This document shows positions 26,102 to 36,269 of a stretch of DNA of 64,000 nucleotides, piece by piece. The stretch's first letter is position 1. Each line of letters starts with the position of its first letter. The notes under the pieces were generated by a model, which saw only the letters and a program-made list of their open reading frames with translations, was not told where the DNA came from and made no database searches. Both the position numbers and the translations under genes were made by a program. This stretch comes from an uncultured virus (IMG/VR IMGVR_UViG_3300035506_000159) (taxonomy: Duplodnaviria; Heunggongvirae; Uroviricota; Caudoviricetes): the IMG/VR virus record IMGVR_UViG_3300035506_000159; one strand, 5' to 3'.

Positions 26102-27271
26102 ATGTTTAATAATCCTGTTGCGGACTATGTTTTTGATTTTAAGCATAATTATCAGAATAAGCATCCTTTTGATGGAGAGTATAGTTGGATTGATGCTCTT
26201 CATCGTGATAATCGCATGTCTCCTCTTATCATCAGTACTTATAAGAATTATATGATTATTAAGTATCGTTCTTTGACTGAATCTTTTGAAGACCCAGAAT
26301 TTTGGGATAAGTATGACCAGTTTTATCAGTATTCTCGTTCTCTGGTTATAGACTTTAAGAATGAGAATATTGTTCTTTGGCCTTATAAGAAGTTTTTTAA
26401 TATTAATGAACGCGCGGAAACTAGCTATGAAAATATTATTTCCCGCATGGAAAATGCTCATGATGTATATTTTTCTGAAAAGCTTGATGGTTCTTATATT
26501 GCAGCTACTTTTTATATGGGTGAATTTGTAGTATCTTCATCTTCTGGAATTGATCCATCTACCAATGGTTATGTAGAGTATGCCTATAATTATATTTCTA
26601 ATCATGACAATGTGCGGATTATGCTTGAAGAGGGTGAAGGTTTTACTTATATATTTGAACTTATTGAACCAGATTTTGACCAGCATGTAGTAGATTATTC
26701 TAACATTGAACATGGTCTGTATCTTACTGGCGTAATTGATAATGAGATTGGGGTTAGCCTTAATCCGCGGCAGGTAGTAGAATTAGCAGAAGAATATGAT
26801 GTACTTCATGCTAATGTGGTAGATGATACTATTTATCACATTCTTTCTACTCTTGGTGATGTACCATCTAATGAAGCAGAAGGTTTTGTACTATATATTG
26901 ACGGATTTCGTGTAAAGATTAAGTATGATTCATACGTTGAGCTTCATGGAGTTCTTAGTGCAATTAAGTCTCCTAAGCTTACTATTGCGGCTATGCGTGC
27001 TGGAAATTTAGATGATTTTATTTCTAAGATTCCTGCGGCATATCATGACATCGTTATGTCTTATGTACATGATGCTGTAGAGTATGAAGAACATATGATT
27101 GAGACTGTTCTTGATTATATGGAGAAGATGTATTCTAGCATTGGCCGCAATCCTTCTCGTAAGGAAGCGATGATATATATTACTGAAAATATGCCAAAGG
27201 AAATTCAAGCATATGCTCGTAATATATTTCTTGGCCGCAAGAATGATTATCTAAAGCATTACAAGGGTTAA
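26102..27271 (+). CDS. T4 Rnl1-type RNA ligase
   Basis: PYKKFFN, motif I EKLDGS, FEL, EGFV, RVKIK. Confidence 0.88.
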   Translation: MFNNPVADYVFDFKHNYQNKHPFDGEYSWIDALHRDNRMSPLIISTYKNYMIIKYRSLTESFEDPEFWDKYDQFYQYSRSLVIDFKNENIVLWPYKKFFNINERAETSYENIISRMENAHDVYFSEKLDGSYIAATFYMGEFVVSSSSGIDPSTNGYVEYAYNYISNHDNVRIMLEEGEGFTYIFELIEPDFDQHVVDYSNIEHGLYLTGVIDNEIGVSLNPRQVVELAEEYDVLHANVVDDTIYHILSTLGDVPSNEAEGFVLYIDGFRVKIKYDSYVELHGVLSAIKSPKLTIAAMRAGNLDDFISKIPAAYHDIVMSYVHDAVEYEEHMIETVLDYMEKMYSSIGRNPSRKEAMIYITENMPKEIQAYARNIFLGRKNDYLKHYKG

Positions 27272-27290
27272 TATTATAAAGAATTTATAG

Positions 27291-27335
27291 AAGACCATTT
27301 GTCATTTGACAAGTGGTCTTTTTTTATGCTATAAT
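27291..27335 (+). promoter_or_regulatory. terminator overlapping a sigma-A promoter
   Basis: AAGACCATTTGTCA/TGACAAGTGGTCTT plus T-run; TTGACA 27306, TATAAT 27330. Confidence 0.75.
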
Positions 27336-27378
27336 AATATCAACAAGTTGAGGGAAACCAAGAGGAAAGGAACTTGAA

Positions 27379-27831
27379 ATGGATAAGCCTACTGTTTTCA
27401 TTATGTGCGGACCTGCTGGTTGCGGGAAAACTACTGTTGCACATTCCATTGCTGCTACTTATGATGCAGAAATCTTTTCCTCAGATGATATGCGTGAGCA
27501 GCTGTATGGTGATTCTTCAATCCAAGGTGATGCTGATGAGGTTTTCCGCAATCTCTATGCTGCAGCCCGCATATCAGTTAGCACTGGCAAAAATGTAGTT
27601 ATTGATTCTACTTCTCTTGGACGCAAAGTCCGCAAGCGTTGTATGCGCAACTTTGATGGAGTTGATTTTGTCGCTGTTGTAGTTACTGCTTCTCTTGAAA
27701 CTGCACTTCGACAGAATGAAAACCGCAAGCGTAAGGTTCCTCGCTACATCATCGAACGACAGTTTAAGCAGTTTAATCCTCCAACTGAGGATGAAGGTTT
27801 TGTTAAGATTTTGGAATATCGGAGGTATTAA
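27379..27831 (+). CDS. polynucleotide kinase-like P-loop kinase (AAA_33)
   Basis: GPAGCGKT, SSDDMRE, VIDST, RQNENR, P...EGF. Confidence 0.85.
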   Translation: MDKPTVFIMCGPAGCGKTTVAHSIAATYDAEIFSSDDMREQLYGDSSIQGDADEVFRNLYAAARISVSTGKNVVIDSTSLGRKVRKRCMRNFDGVDFVAVVVTASLETALRQNENRKRKVPRYIIERQFKQFNPPTEDEGFVKILEYRRY

Positions 27832-28382
27832 TGATATATTTCACGTCTGACCTCCACATAGGTCATGACCAACCTTTTATCTGGCGTTCTCGTGGATTTT
27901 CTTCTATTGAAGAACATGATGAAGCTATTATAGACAATATCAACAAGACAGTTGATAAAGGAGACACTCTTATTGTGCTTGGTGATTTGTCTCTTGGACC
28001 TCTTGAGAACGTCCATAAATTGTCTTATATAGACTTTACTGTCAAGGTTAAGGTTTTAATTGGAAATCATGATTCATTTCCTCGTTTAGATGCATATGAT
28101 AATATTGGATTTGATACTACCTCTTTTGGCTATGCTAGTCCTTTTACATATCATAAGTGGAAGTTCATGCTTTCACATTATCCAATGCTAACGACTAATT
28201 TTGACGATAAGGGAGTGCGGAATCGAGTTTGGAATCTGCATGGTCATACTCACAGTAAGGATAAGCTAGAACTTTGGCCGCAGGCTGGTATAAATGTTGG
28301 AGTAGATGCCAATAATCTTTGTCCGATTTCTATTGAAGAAATTATTGAAACTATTAGGGAGACTTGGAACGATGAACATTAA
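27831..28382 (+). CDS. calcineurin-like metallophosphoesterase (intact)
   Basis: SDLH, LGD, GNHD, SHYP, HGHTH, NVGVD. Confidence 0.9.
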   Translation: MIYFTSDLHIGHDQPFIWRSRGFSSIEEHDEAIIDNINKTVDKGDTLIVLGDLSLGPLENVHKLSYIDFTVKVKVLIGNHDSFPRLDAYDNIGFDTTSFGYASPFTYHKWKFMLSHYPMLTTNFDDKGVRNRVWNLHGHTHSKDKLELWPQAGINVGVDANNLCPISIEEIIETIRETWNDEH

Positions 28383-28740
28383 GACTTGGTATTATAATAG
28401 TGTAATGGATGATTTTCTTGATTATGTTAATGATATTCTTGAATATGATTCTGATAGGCCATATGAAGATGTTTATGATGACATTGTAATGGTATCTACT
28501 GGTAATGATTGTGGTCGTCGTGCTGGTTTTAACGCTACAATGGCTCATGAAATTGCATTTGATCGTGATTTTATCAACTATGTACACTCTATGGGTCTAA
28601 CACTTGATGAAATCATTTGTAAGTATGGTGATGAAGGCATCGACTGTTGGGCCGCTAACTTTATCATGGATACTTATTATGATAACTTTGCCGAAGAGTG
28701 GAAAGAGCGTTGCACTCAGTATAATCTCGGAGAATATTAA
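28372..28740 (+). CDS. hypothetical protein
   Basis: Start at MNIKT. Confidence 0.65.
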   Translation: MNIKTWYYNSVMDDFLDYVNDILEYDSDRPYEDVYDDIVMVSTGNDCGRRAGFNATMAHEIAFDRDFINYVHSMGLTLDEIICKYGDEGIDCWAANFIMDTYYDNFAEEWKERCTQYNLGEY

Positions 28741-28864
28741 AATTCATAAATAAATTATAAGAGTAAGGTAGAAATACCTTGCTCTTTTTTTATTTGACAA
28801 AAATTAATATATGTGATATAATATAATAGTAATGAAGATAAAAGTAAATGGAAAGGAGTAAGAG

Positions 28865-30760
28865 TTGAAAAATTCATATAATGAAGATTCAATTCAAAAA
28901 CTTGACCCATTAAGCTTCACAAGACTTCGCCCTGATACGTATTGCGGGTCAACTGAAGATAGTACACAGCTTTGGCAAGAAATTGTACTTAATTGTACGG
29001 ATGAATTTCTTGCTGGAAATTGTGATGAAGTAGTAATGACTATTGATGATAATAATGTAATTTCAGTTTCAGATAATGGTCAAGGTATTATTCCAAATGT
29101 AAAAAAAGATGGAGATAGAACCATTCTTGAAATGGTTTATGGTGATATTAATACAAGTGGTAAGTATGATAAATCTGAAGATGCAGTATACAAGGTTTCA
29201 ACTGGTGCATTTGGCATCGGTAGCTCTCTAACTAATTTTCTTAGCCACTGGCTTATTGCCACGACCAAAAGAAATGGTGAATTTGAAACAGTTTATTTTA
29301 AAGAAGGAAAATTTGATAGACGTGAAAGTGGCGAGTGTGATAAAGATGAACATGGTGTAACTGTTACTTTTCGCCCCAGCGAAGAGTTCTTTAAAGACCC
29401 AAAGCCTAGTCGTTCAAAAATTAATGAAAATCTTCTTAATATTTCTTGTGTATGTAACGGACTTACTCTTTATTTTAACGGAAAGAAATTTTACAATCCA
29501 GATGGACTTTCTGACCTACTAAAGAGAAAAATTGGAAATGACATTCAAATTATTTCTACCCCGTTTGTTATGGATAAAGAAATTGGCAATCAAAGACTAG
29601 TTCTTGCTATGTCTTTTGGTACTAAATCTACAACAGATTTTTATAGTTTTTGCAATTATTCTCCAATTGAAGCTGGAACACCAATATCTGCAATTAAATC
29701 TTGTATTACGAGAACACTAAATAAATGGGGACAGGAGAATAAACTACTTAAAGAAAAAGAAACTTTGCCTGGTTCTGCTCTTCAGGAAGGAATATCAGTA
29801 GTTTTTAATTTGATTTCTCCAAATATTAGATATGACTCACAAACGAAAGTACGAGTAACATCTACTGAAGATAATAGTTTTATTAATTCTGTATTAAGCG
29901 AAGAATTTGAACTTTGGTTAGACCAAAATCCAAAATTTGGTGAATCAATCATTGAATCTGCGCTCATAGCACGTAAGGCAGCTGAAGCTGCAAAGAAAGC
30001 TCGTGCAGCAGTTAAGAATAAAGCAGCTGAAAAGAAAGAAAAGGCATTTAAGATGCCTACTAAACTTACAGATTGTTGGACAAAAGATAGATCTAAGTGT
30101 GAACTATTTCTAGCAGAAGGTTTATCAGCAGCATCTGGTCTTGTAGAAGCTAGGTCTTCTGAGTTTCAAGCAATCTATGGACTTCGTGGAAAATGTCTAT
30201 CTGTACTAAAAACAACTCCAGAAAAGATTTTAGCAAATCAAGAAATTAATAACTTGATTCAAGCTCTTGGTCTTGATTGCGATACCAAAACTGCAAAATT
30301 GACATATGATAAAGATAAGCTTAGGTATGGAAAAATTATTGCTTCAGCTGATGCAGATTTTGATGGGTACGCAATCGAAAATTTGATTTTTAATATTCTG
30401 TGGTATCTATGTCCAGAACTTATTATTAATGGTCATGTCTATTCTGCTGTTCCACCTCTATTTAGAGTGACAACAAAGAAGAATGAATATATTTATCTAA
30501 GAGATGCTAACGCTCTTGAAGATTATAAGAAGGAACATGCAAATGAAATTGCAGTTATAGGCCGAATGAAGGGACTTGGTGAGCAAGATAGCGACGAGCT
30601 AAGTTATGCACTTCTCGACCCAGAAACACGTCATATTGTTCAGCTTAAAGTAACAGATTTTGAAAAGACTGATGCTCTTTTTGAAGATTTATATGGTAAA
30701 AAAGTAGAACCAAGAGTTAAGTTCCTGCTAGAGCATGGAGAGGAAGCAAACGTTGATTGA
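28865..30760 (+). CDS. gyrB: type II topoisomerase subunit B (GyrB/ParE-like)
   Basis: RPDTY, DNGQGI, GAFGIG, EGLSA, LRGK, DADFDG, KGLGE. Confidence 0.92.
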   Translation: MKNSYNEDSIQKLDPLSFTRLRPDTYCGSTEDSTQLWQEIVLNCTDEFLAGNCDEVVMTIDDNNVISVSDNGQGIIPNVKKDGDRTILEMVYGDINTSGKYDKSEDAVYKVSTGAFGIGSSLTNFLSHWLIATTKRNGEFETVYFKEGKFDRRESGECDKDEHGVTVTFRPSEEFFKDPKPSRSKINENLLNISCVCNGLTLYFNGKKFYNPDGLSDLLKRKIGNDIQIISTPFVMDKEIGNQRLVLAMSFGTKSTTDFYSFCNYSPIEAGTPISAIKSCITRTLNKWGQENKLLKEKETLPGSALQEGISVVFNLISPNIRYDSQTKVRVTSTEDNSFINSVLSEEFELWLDQNPKFGESIIESALIARKAAEAAKKARAAVKNKAAEKKEKAFKMPTKLTDCWTKDRSKCELFLAEGLSAASGLVEARSSEFQAIYGLRGKCLSVLKTTPEKILANQEINNLIQALGLDCDTKTAKLTYDKDKLRYGKIIASADADFDGYAIENLIFNILWYLCPELIINGHVYSAVPPLFRVTTKKNEYIYLRDANALEDYKKEHANEIAVIGRMKGLGEQDSDELSYALLDPETRHIVQLKVTDFEKTDALFEDLYGKKVEPRVKFLLEHGEEANVD

Positions 30761-32873
30761 TGAAACTATTGATATTATTTCAGAACTAACTCAAAATTTT
30801 GTCGATAGCAGCTATGATACAAACTGTAACCGTGCTTTTCCAGATGTAAGGGATGGTCTTAAGCCAGGTATGCGGGCTTGCATTTATGAAATGTGGACTC
30901 GTAAATATACTAGCAATAAGCCACATGTCAAGTCAGCAAAGATTAGTGGCGCAGTCTGTTCAGACTTATGGCCGCATGGTACTGCTGCTATTTATGAAAC
31001 TTTTGTCCGCATGTCTCAGCCATTTACAAATAATCTTCCAGAAGTGGATTTTCATGGTGCTAATGGTAATATTATTCTTGGTGGAGATAGTTATGCCGCA
31101 GACCGATATACTGAAGCTAGGCTTTCAAAAATTACAGAAGAAGGTATGCTTGCGGGAATTGATAAGAATAATGTAGATATGATTCTGAATTTTTCAGAAG
31201 ATGAATATTGGCCTAAAGTTCTTCCTGCTCTTTTTCCTCGTCTTTTGGTAAATGGAACCCAAGGCATCGGCGTTTCTATCGCGAATATATTTCTGCCGCA
31301 TAATTTCCAAGAGACAACAGATGTAATTCTTAATTATATTAAGAGCGGTGAAATTGATGAAGATAATTATTTTCCTGACTTTCCAACTGGTGGTACGATT
31401 GTAAATAAAGATGAACTTTCTATTATCAATAAAACTGGCAAAGGTAAAGTTGTAGTAGAAGCTAATTATAAAATTTCTGGTAAAGAAATTAATTTCTATG
31501 AAATGCCATATCAAGTTTATATTGAGCCAGTAATTGAAGAAATTAAAAAGGCATATGAAGAAGATAAGCTGCCTGGGTTTAAAAATATCTCCAATAGGTG
31601 TGATAAGAATAATATTTCTCTACTAGTAGAATGTGAACGTAATGCTGACCCGCAGAAGTTAGTCAATGCACTGTTTGAAAATACAAGTCTGCGGAAGCAG
31701 TATAATGCTAATCAAAATGGTATTATCAGTAAGACACCAGTTCTTCTTAATTTGCGGCAAATGATTGATGTCTATATTGACCATAATACTAATTGTATCA
31801 AACGTGAGCATCAATTTGACTATGATAAAGCCATTGCCCGCATCCATATTCTAGAAGGACTCCTAATTGCTCTATCTAATATTGAAGATGTAATTGAAAT
31901 TATTCGTCATTCAGCTAATCCTTCCACAGAACTAACTAATAGATTCAATCTAGATGACATTCAAGTAAAAGCTATTCTAGATATGAAACTATCTCGTCTA
32001 TCTAAGCTAGAAGAAGATAAGTTAATCCAAGAGAAAGAGGAGAAGGAAGATTTTGCGGCAAAATGTAAGAAGGTAGTTGAAAGTGAAGATGAACAGAAAA
32101 ATATTCTAGTTGAACGACTTTCTAATCTTGCTAAGAAATATGGCACTCCTCGCCGCACTCAAGTAATTCAGAAAGATATTGTTAAGACTATTGGCTCAAA
32201 GAAGAAAACAGAAGAGGTAGTTAAAGATATTGTTGTAGCTTTTAATCCTATTGGATATGTTCAGGCAATTCCTGTCACTCAATATCGTAATAATGGCTTT
32301 GATTCTTTTAAGACTACAACTAAAGATTTAATTCTGCTTTTCTCTAATCAAGGACGATTCTTCCGCATTAGTGGAAAGAATATTAAAGAGTGCGGGCCAA
32401 AGGATAAGGGAACTGCTATAGGCTCAATCATTAAACTTAATGAAGGCGAAAAGATTATTAATATTTCTTCTATGGATATTAATGATAAGCGACCTTATCT
32501 TCTTTTCACAATTAATAATGGTATGATTAAGAAGATTGATAAAACAGAATTTATTGGCACTACCCGCAATCTAAATGGAATGATGGCATGTAAGCTAAAG
32601 GAAAATTCATCTGTAGTGTCAATTAATGAAACTAATGGATGTATTGTAACTTTAGTAACCAAGAGCAACTATGTAATTTCTTTTGAAGCAGAAGATGTGC
32701 GGCTAGTAGGTCGTGCGGCTGCTGGTGTCAAGGGAATTAACTTGGGTGAGGATGATAAAGTAGTAGAATGTATTATTTCTGATTCTAATGCTTCTAAGGT
32801 TAAGACTACTCTTGGAAATCTTGAAATCCATGTTCAGAAACGTGGCGGCAAAGGTAAGATTGTCAAGAAATAA
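30735..32873 (+). CDS. gyrA: type II topoisomerase subunit A (GyrA/ParC-like)
   Basis: PDVRDGLKP, PHG, AADRYTE (catalytic Tyr), PDFPTGG; true start may be slightly downstream. Confidence 0.92.
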   Translation: MERKQTLIDETIDIISELTQNFVDSSYDTNCNRAFPDVRDGLKPGMRACIYEMWTRKYTSNKPHVKSAKISGAVCSDLWPHGTAAIYETFVRMSQPFTNNLPEVDFHGANGNIILGGDSYAADRYTEARLSKITEEGMLAGIDKNNVDMILNFSEDEYWPKVLPALFPRLLVNGTQGIGVSIANIFLPHNFQETTDVILNYIKSGEIDEDNYFPDFPTGGTIVNKDELSIINKTGKGKVVVEANYKISGKEINFYEMPYQVYIEPVIEEIKKAYEEDKLPGFKNISNRCDKNNISLLVECERNADPQKLVNALFENTSLRKQYNANQNGIISKTPVLLNLRQMIDVYIDHNTNCIKREHQFDYDKAIARIHILEGLLIALSNIEDVIEIIRHSANPSTELTNRFNLDDIQVKAILDMKLSRLSKLEEDKLIQEKEEKEDFAAKCKKVVESEDEQKNILVERLSNLAKKYGTPRRTQVIQKDIVKTIGSKKKTEEVVKDIVVAFNPIGYVQAIPVTQYRNNGFDSFKTTTKDLILLFSNQGRFFRISGKNIKECGPKDKGTAIGSIIKLNEGEKIINISSMDINDKRPYLLFTINNGMIKKIDKTEFIGTTRNLNGMMACKLKENSSVVSINETNGCIVTLVTKSNYVISFEAEDVRLVGRAAAGVKGINLGEDDKVVECIISDSNASKVKTTLGNLEIHVQKRGGKGKIVKK

Positions 32874-32956
32874 TAAATAAAATAAAACTCCTTGACTCTT
32901 TTCTAAAAATAATATATAATAATATTATAAAGTTAAGAGTTAAGGAGTTATTTTAT

Positions 32957-34006
32957 ATGCCAACTATTAGCTATACACATTCAGATGGATTTGAAATTTA
33001 TTCTCCACAGCTTGTAGGAAAGCCATTTAAAAATTATGAGCAAGCTCTAAAGACTAATAAATGGATTGGTTCTATTAAGAAGGATGGATATTGGGAATCT
33101 ATCTATAAAATGAATGGTAAAGTTTATATGTTTGCTCGCAATGTGAGTAAGAAGACTGGGTTGCCTACTGAGAAGATTGACCATGTGCCGCACATCAAGG
33201 AATGGGCAGAAAAGTATCTACCTGATAATTCTATTATTGTGGCTGAAATATATTTGCCCAATGGTACTTCTAAGGATGTAACTACTATTCTTGGTTGTCT
33301 ACAGCCAGAAGCAGTTACTCGCCAAGAGAAGAATGAAAAACTTCATCTATGGGTACATGATGTCCTCATGTGGGATGGATATAATTATGTAGAAAAGAAA
33401 GATGGTTATGCACAACGATATGCTGACCTAGAAAAATATATTTCTCCTATCCGCACAGATGAAATTGAGCTAGCTACTTTCTATGATTCTGCTGATACAG
33501 ATTTGCTTGAGAAAGCAGAAGAACTAATTGCAGATGGAGAAGAAGGAATGGTCATTCGAGCAAAAGACCAACCCTATAATCCTGGCACTCGTAGGCCAAA
33601 GGAAATGTTTAAAATTAAAAAGGAAATTGCTAGTGATATTGACCTAGTTGTGACTGCACTATTGGATCCAACATATTATTATGAAGGTAAAGAAGCAGAT
33701 ACATGGCCTTTCAAAGATGAAAAAGGTAATCTAATTACAAAAGCTGCCTTCTATGGATGGAAAAATGCTCTAGAGGTATCGGCATATGATACAAATGGTG
33801 AGCTAGTAAAAATTGGTCAAGTTGCCAGTGGTCTAACTGATATTATGCGGGAAGATATGGCTAAAAATCCGCACAATTATATAGGCAATGTTGTTCAGGT
33901 TAAGGCTATGTCTTGGACTGATGATGGGGCATTGCGACATCCTATCTTTATTCAGATGCGGCCAGATAAGGATGCTTCTGAGTGTAAGCTTGAAGAACTT
34001 CGATAA
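32957..34006 (+). CDS. ATP-dependent DNA ligase
   Basis: KKDG, EGMVIR, KIK, LRHP...RPDK. Confidence 0.88.
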   Translation: MPTISYTHSDGFEIYSPQLVGKPFKNYEQALKTNKWIGSIKKDGYWESIYKMNGKVYMFARNVSKKTGLPTEKIDHVPHIKEWAEKYLPDNSIIVAEIYLPNGTSKDVTTILGCLQPEAVTRQEKNEKLHLWVHDVLMWDGYNYVEKKDGYAQRYADLEKYISPIRTDEIELATFYDSADTDLLEKAEELIADGEEGMVIRAKDQPYNPGTRRPKEMFKIKKEIASDIDLVVTALLDPTYYYEGKEADTWPFKDEKGNLITKAAFYGWKNALEVSAYDTNGELVKIGQVASGLTDIMREDMAKNPHNYIGNVVQVKAMSWTDDGALRHPIFIQMRPDKDASECKLEELR

Positions 34007-34113
34007 AAATTCTTCAAAATTATTATTGACTAATATTAAATTATAATTTATAATAATATTAACAACAAAGTAAAAAGAGCAATAAAGCTCTATGAGACAA
34101 AAGGAGTTTTGAA

Positions 34114-34365
34114 ATGGCAAAGGCAATTCTTTCTGAGAACGCACAGGTTATTCTTTCTCACCTTCAGGATATGGGTGGCGAGCTTGAGACTGCTCCCATG
34201 ATTGCTGAGGCTACGGGCATTAATGTAAAGTCCGTTAACGGTATCGCAACTGGTCTTGCTAAGCGTGGTCTTGTTACCCGTCTTGAGGTTGAGGGCATGG
34301 ATAAGAAGGTTATTGCCCTTACTGATGCTGGTCGTGAGTTTGATCCACAGGCCATTGCAGAGTAA
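34114..34365 (+). CDS. small winged-helix DNA-binding protein
   Basis: IAEATG....V......LAKRGLV...LTDAG; own promoter and terminator. Confidence 0.75.
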   Translation: MAKAILSENAQVILSHLQDMGGELETAPMIAEATGINVKSVNGIATGLAKRGLVTRLEVEGMDKKVIALTDAGREFDPQAIAE

Positions 34366-34435
34366 TTAAAGATTCCATTTCAGATTAGGGAAGGAGAATA
34401 ATATTCTTCTTCCCTTTTTTATTCTAAGGAGTATA

Positions 34436-35404
34436 ATGTATGCCATAATTATTACTTGCCTTGTATTAATCATAGTGGCTAGTATTGTATTCTACAAAAT
34501 AGGAGAACATAAAAAGGTTGTAATAGAATTTGAAAAATCTAATGCGGCCTTTGAGCAGGAAAAAGAAAAGCTTAAAAAAGATATTGATATTCTAAATCAA
34601 TCTATTCAAGTTAAAAATCAAAATCTAAATCTTGCTCGACAAAGAATAGAAGAAATTAATCTTGAATATCAAGATAAGCGGCAAATGATTAATGATGCTT
34701 CAGACTTGGCCCGCAAAGAACATGAAGAAAAATCTGCCGCATATCAACAACAATATGAATCTTCTATTCTTCTATTGGATAAAGAATATAAAGAAAAAAA
34801 TGACATATTAGATAATGAATATATTACTAAGAAAGAAAGCTATGATGCGGAAATTGAAACCTTAATTTCTCAGCTAAAATCTTTGCAGAATCAGAAGGCT
34901 GCGACTATTGAAGCACTAGAACGAGAGCAGGCTGTGCGGGAACAAGCTAATCTATATAGGCTTGATATATCTGAACAAGATAAACAAGATGTAAAATTTT
35001 TACAATCTATTCAATATAGGATTAGTAAGCCACGAGTTGTTGCTATGCTAATTTGGCAAACATATTATCAACCAATAGCAAAGAAGAAATTTCCTCTTAT
35101 TCTAGGCACAGAAAAAGTGTGCGGCATTTATAAGATTACAAATATGGATAATCAAAAAGTATATATAGGTCAAGCAGTAGATATGCGGGAACGATGGCTA
35201 CAACATTGTAAAAAAGGTTTAGGTATTGATACTCCGCAGAATAATAAACTATATGCGGCCATGCTACAAGATGGACTAGAGAATTTTACTTTTGAGCTAT
35301 TGGAGTCTTGTGAACCTTCTGAACTAAATGAAAAAGAAAAGTATTATATTAATCTTTATAATGCTTGTGAATATGGATATAACCTTACATCTGGTAATAA
35401 TTAA
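34436..35404 (+). CDS. membrane-anchored coiled-coil protein with C-terminal GIY-YIG nuclease
   Basis: N-terminal TM; GIYKITN..VYIGQA..RW.QH..E..YI..GYN. Confidence 0.82.
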   Translation: MYAIIITCLVLIIVASIVFYKIGEHKKVVIEFEKSNAAFEQEKEKLKKDIDILNQSIQVKNQNLNLARQRIEEINLEYQDKRQMINDASDLARKEHEEKSAAYQQQYESSILLLDKEYKEKNDILDNEYITKKESYDAEIETLISQLKSLQNQKAATIEALEREQAVREQANLYRLDISEQDKQDVKFLQSIQYRISKPRVVAMLIWQTYYQPIAKKKFPLILGTEKVCGIYKITNMDNQKVYIGQAVDMRERWLQHCKKGLGIDTPQNNKLYAAMLQDGLENFTFELLESCEPSELNEKEKYYINLYNACEYGYNLTSGNN

Positions 35405-35413
35405 GGAGGAATA

Positions 35414-36190
35414 TTGAATCCTGAATCAATTTTAGCTAAAATGACCTCTTCATTTTTAGCTAAGACTCAACGAGAAACTGGACAGATTTTTATGTTATCT
35501 ATTCTCGCTGGATGTTTTATTGCACTAGGTGCCGCTTTTATGATTCTAATCAAGAGTGATGCTAACCTTAGTTTTGCAATTATGTCTCTACTATGCGGTT
35601 TAGCATTTAGTCTAGGCTTGTTTGCAATCCTAGGTACTGGCGGAGAACTATTTACTGGTAATTGTCTTATTTTTTCTGTAACAGATTATCCACTTGATCG
35701 CACTTCTTGTATATCACTTATTAAATATTTTGCTCTAGTTTGGGCTGGAAATTTTATAGGTTCTCTTGGAATTTCATTACTCCTATTCTTTTCTGGCTTT
35801 GGAGAGCTAAATGGAGGATTAGTAGGTCAAATTGCAATCACTGTTGCTGTTACTAAATATTCTTTGCCTATCGGACAAATGTTTGTGAGGTCGATTCTTT
35901 GTAATTTCTTGGTATGTCTTGCAGTATTTGTCGCTACTAATGCAAGTAATTTGATGGACAAATTTATTTCTGCTCTTCTTCCTGTTTCTGCATTTGTTGC
36001 ATGTGCATTTGAACACTGTATTGCAAATCAAACGTTCTTTATCCTGGGTGGATTTCTTTCTGTCGGAGCAGGAGTTGAATTTAATATTGGACTGGCTATT
36101 TTGAATCTTATTATTACTACTATTGGAAATATGATTGGTGGTGCTGTTCTATTTGCGGGAATGTTTTATATCGCCGCAAAGAAGAGTTAA
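35414..36190 (+). CDS. formate/nitrite transporter (FNT family)
   Basis: LAGCFIALG, ELFTGN, GNFIG, LCNFLVCLAV, FEHCIAN, GNMIGG. Confidence 0.93.
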   Translation: MNPESILAKMTSSFLAKTQRETGQIFMLSILAGCFIALGAAFMILIKSDANLSFAIMSLLCGLAFSLGLFAILGTGGELFTGNCLIFSVTDYPLDRTSCISLIKYFALVWAGNFIGSLGISLLLFFSGFGELNGGLVGQIAITVAVTKYSLPIGQMFVRSILCNFLVCLAVFVATNASNLMDKFISALLPVSAFVACAFEHCIANQTFFILGGFLSVGAGVEFNIGLAILNLIITTIGNMIGGAVLFAGMFYIAAKKS

Positions 36191-36269
36191 AATAGTCCTT
36201 GACGAATAGACTTTAATTTGATATAATATAATTATAGAAAATGAGGTCGAACCTTAAAGGAGAGATTAA

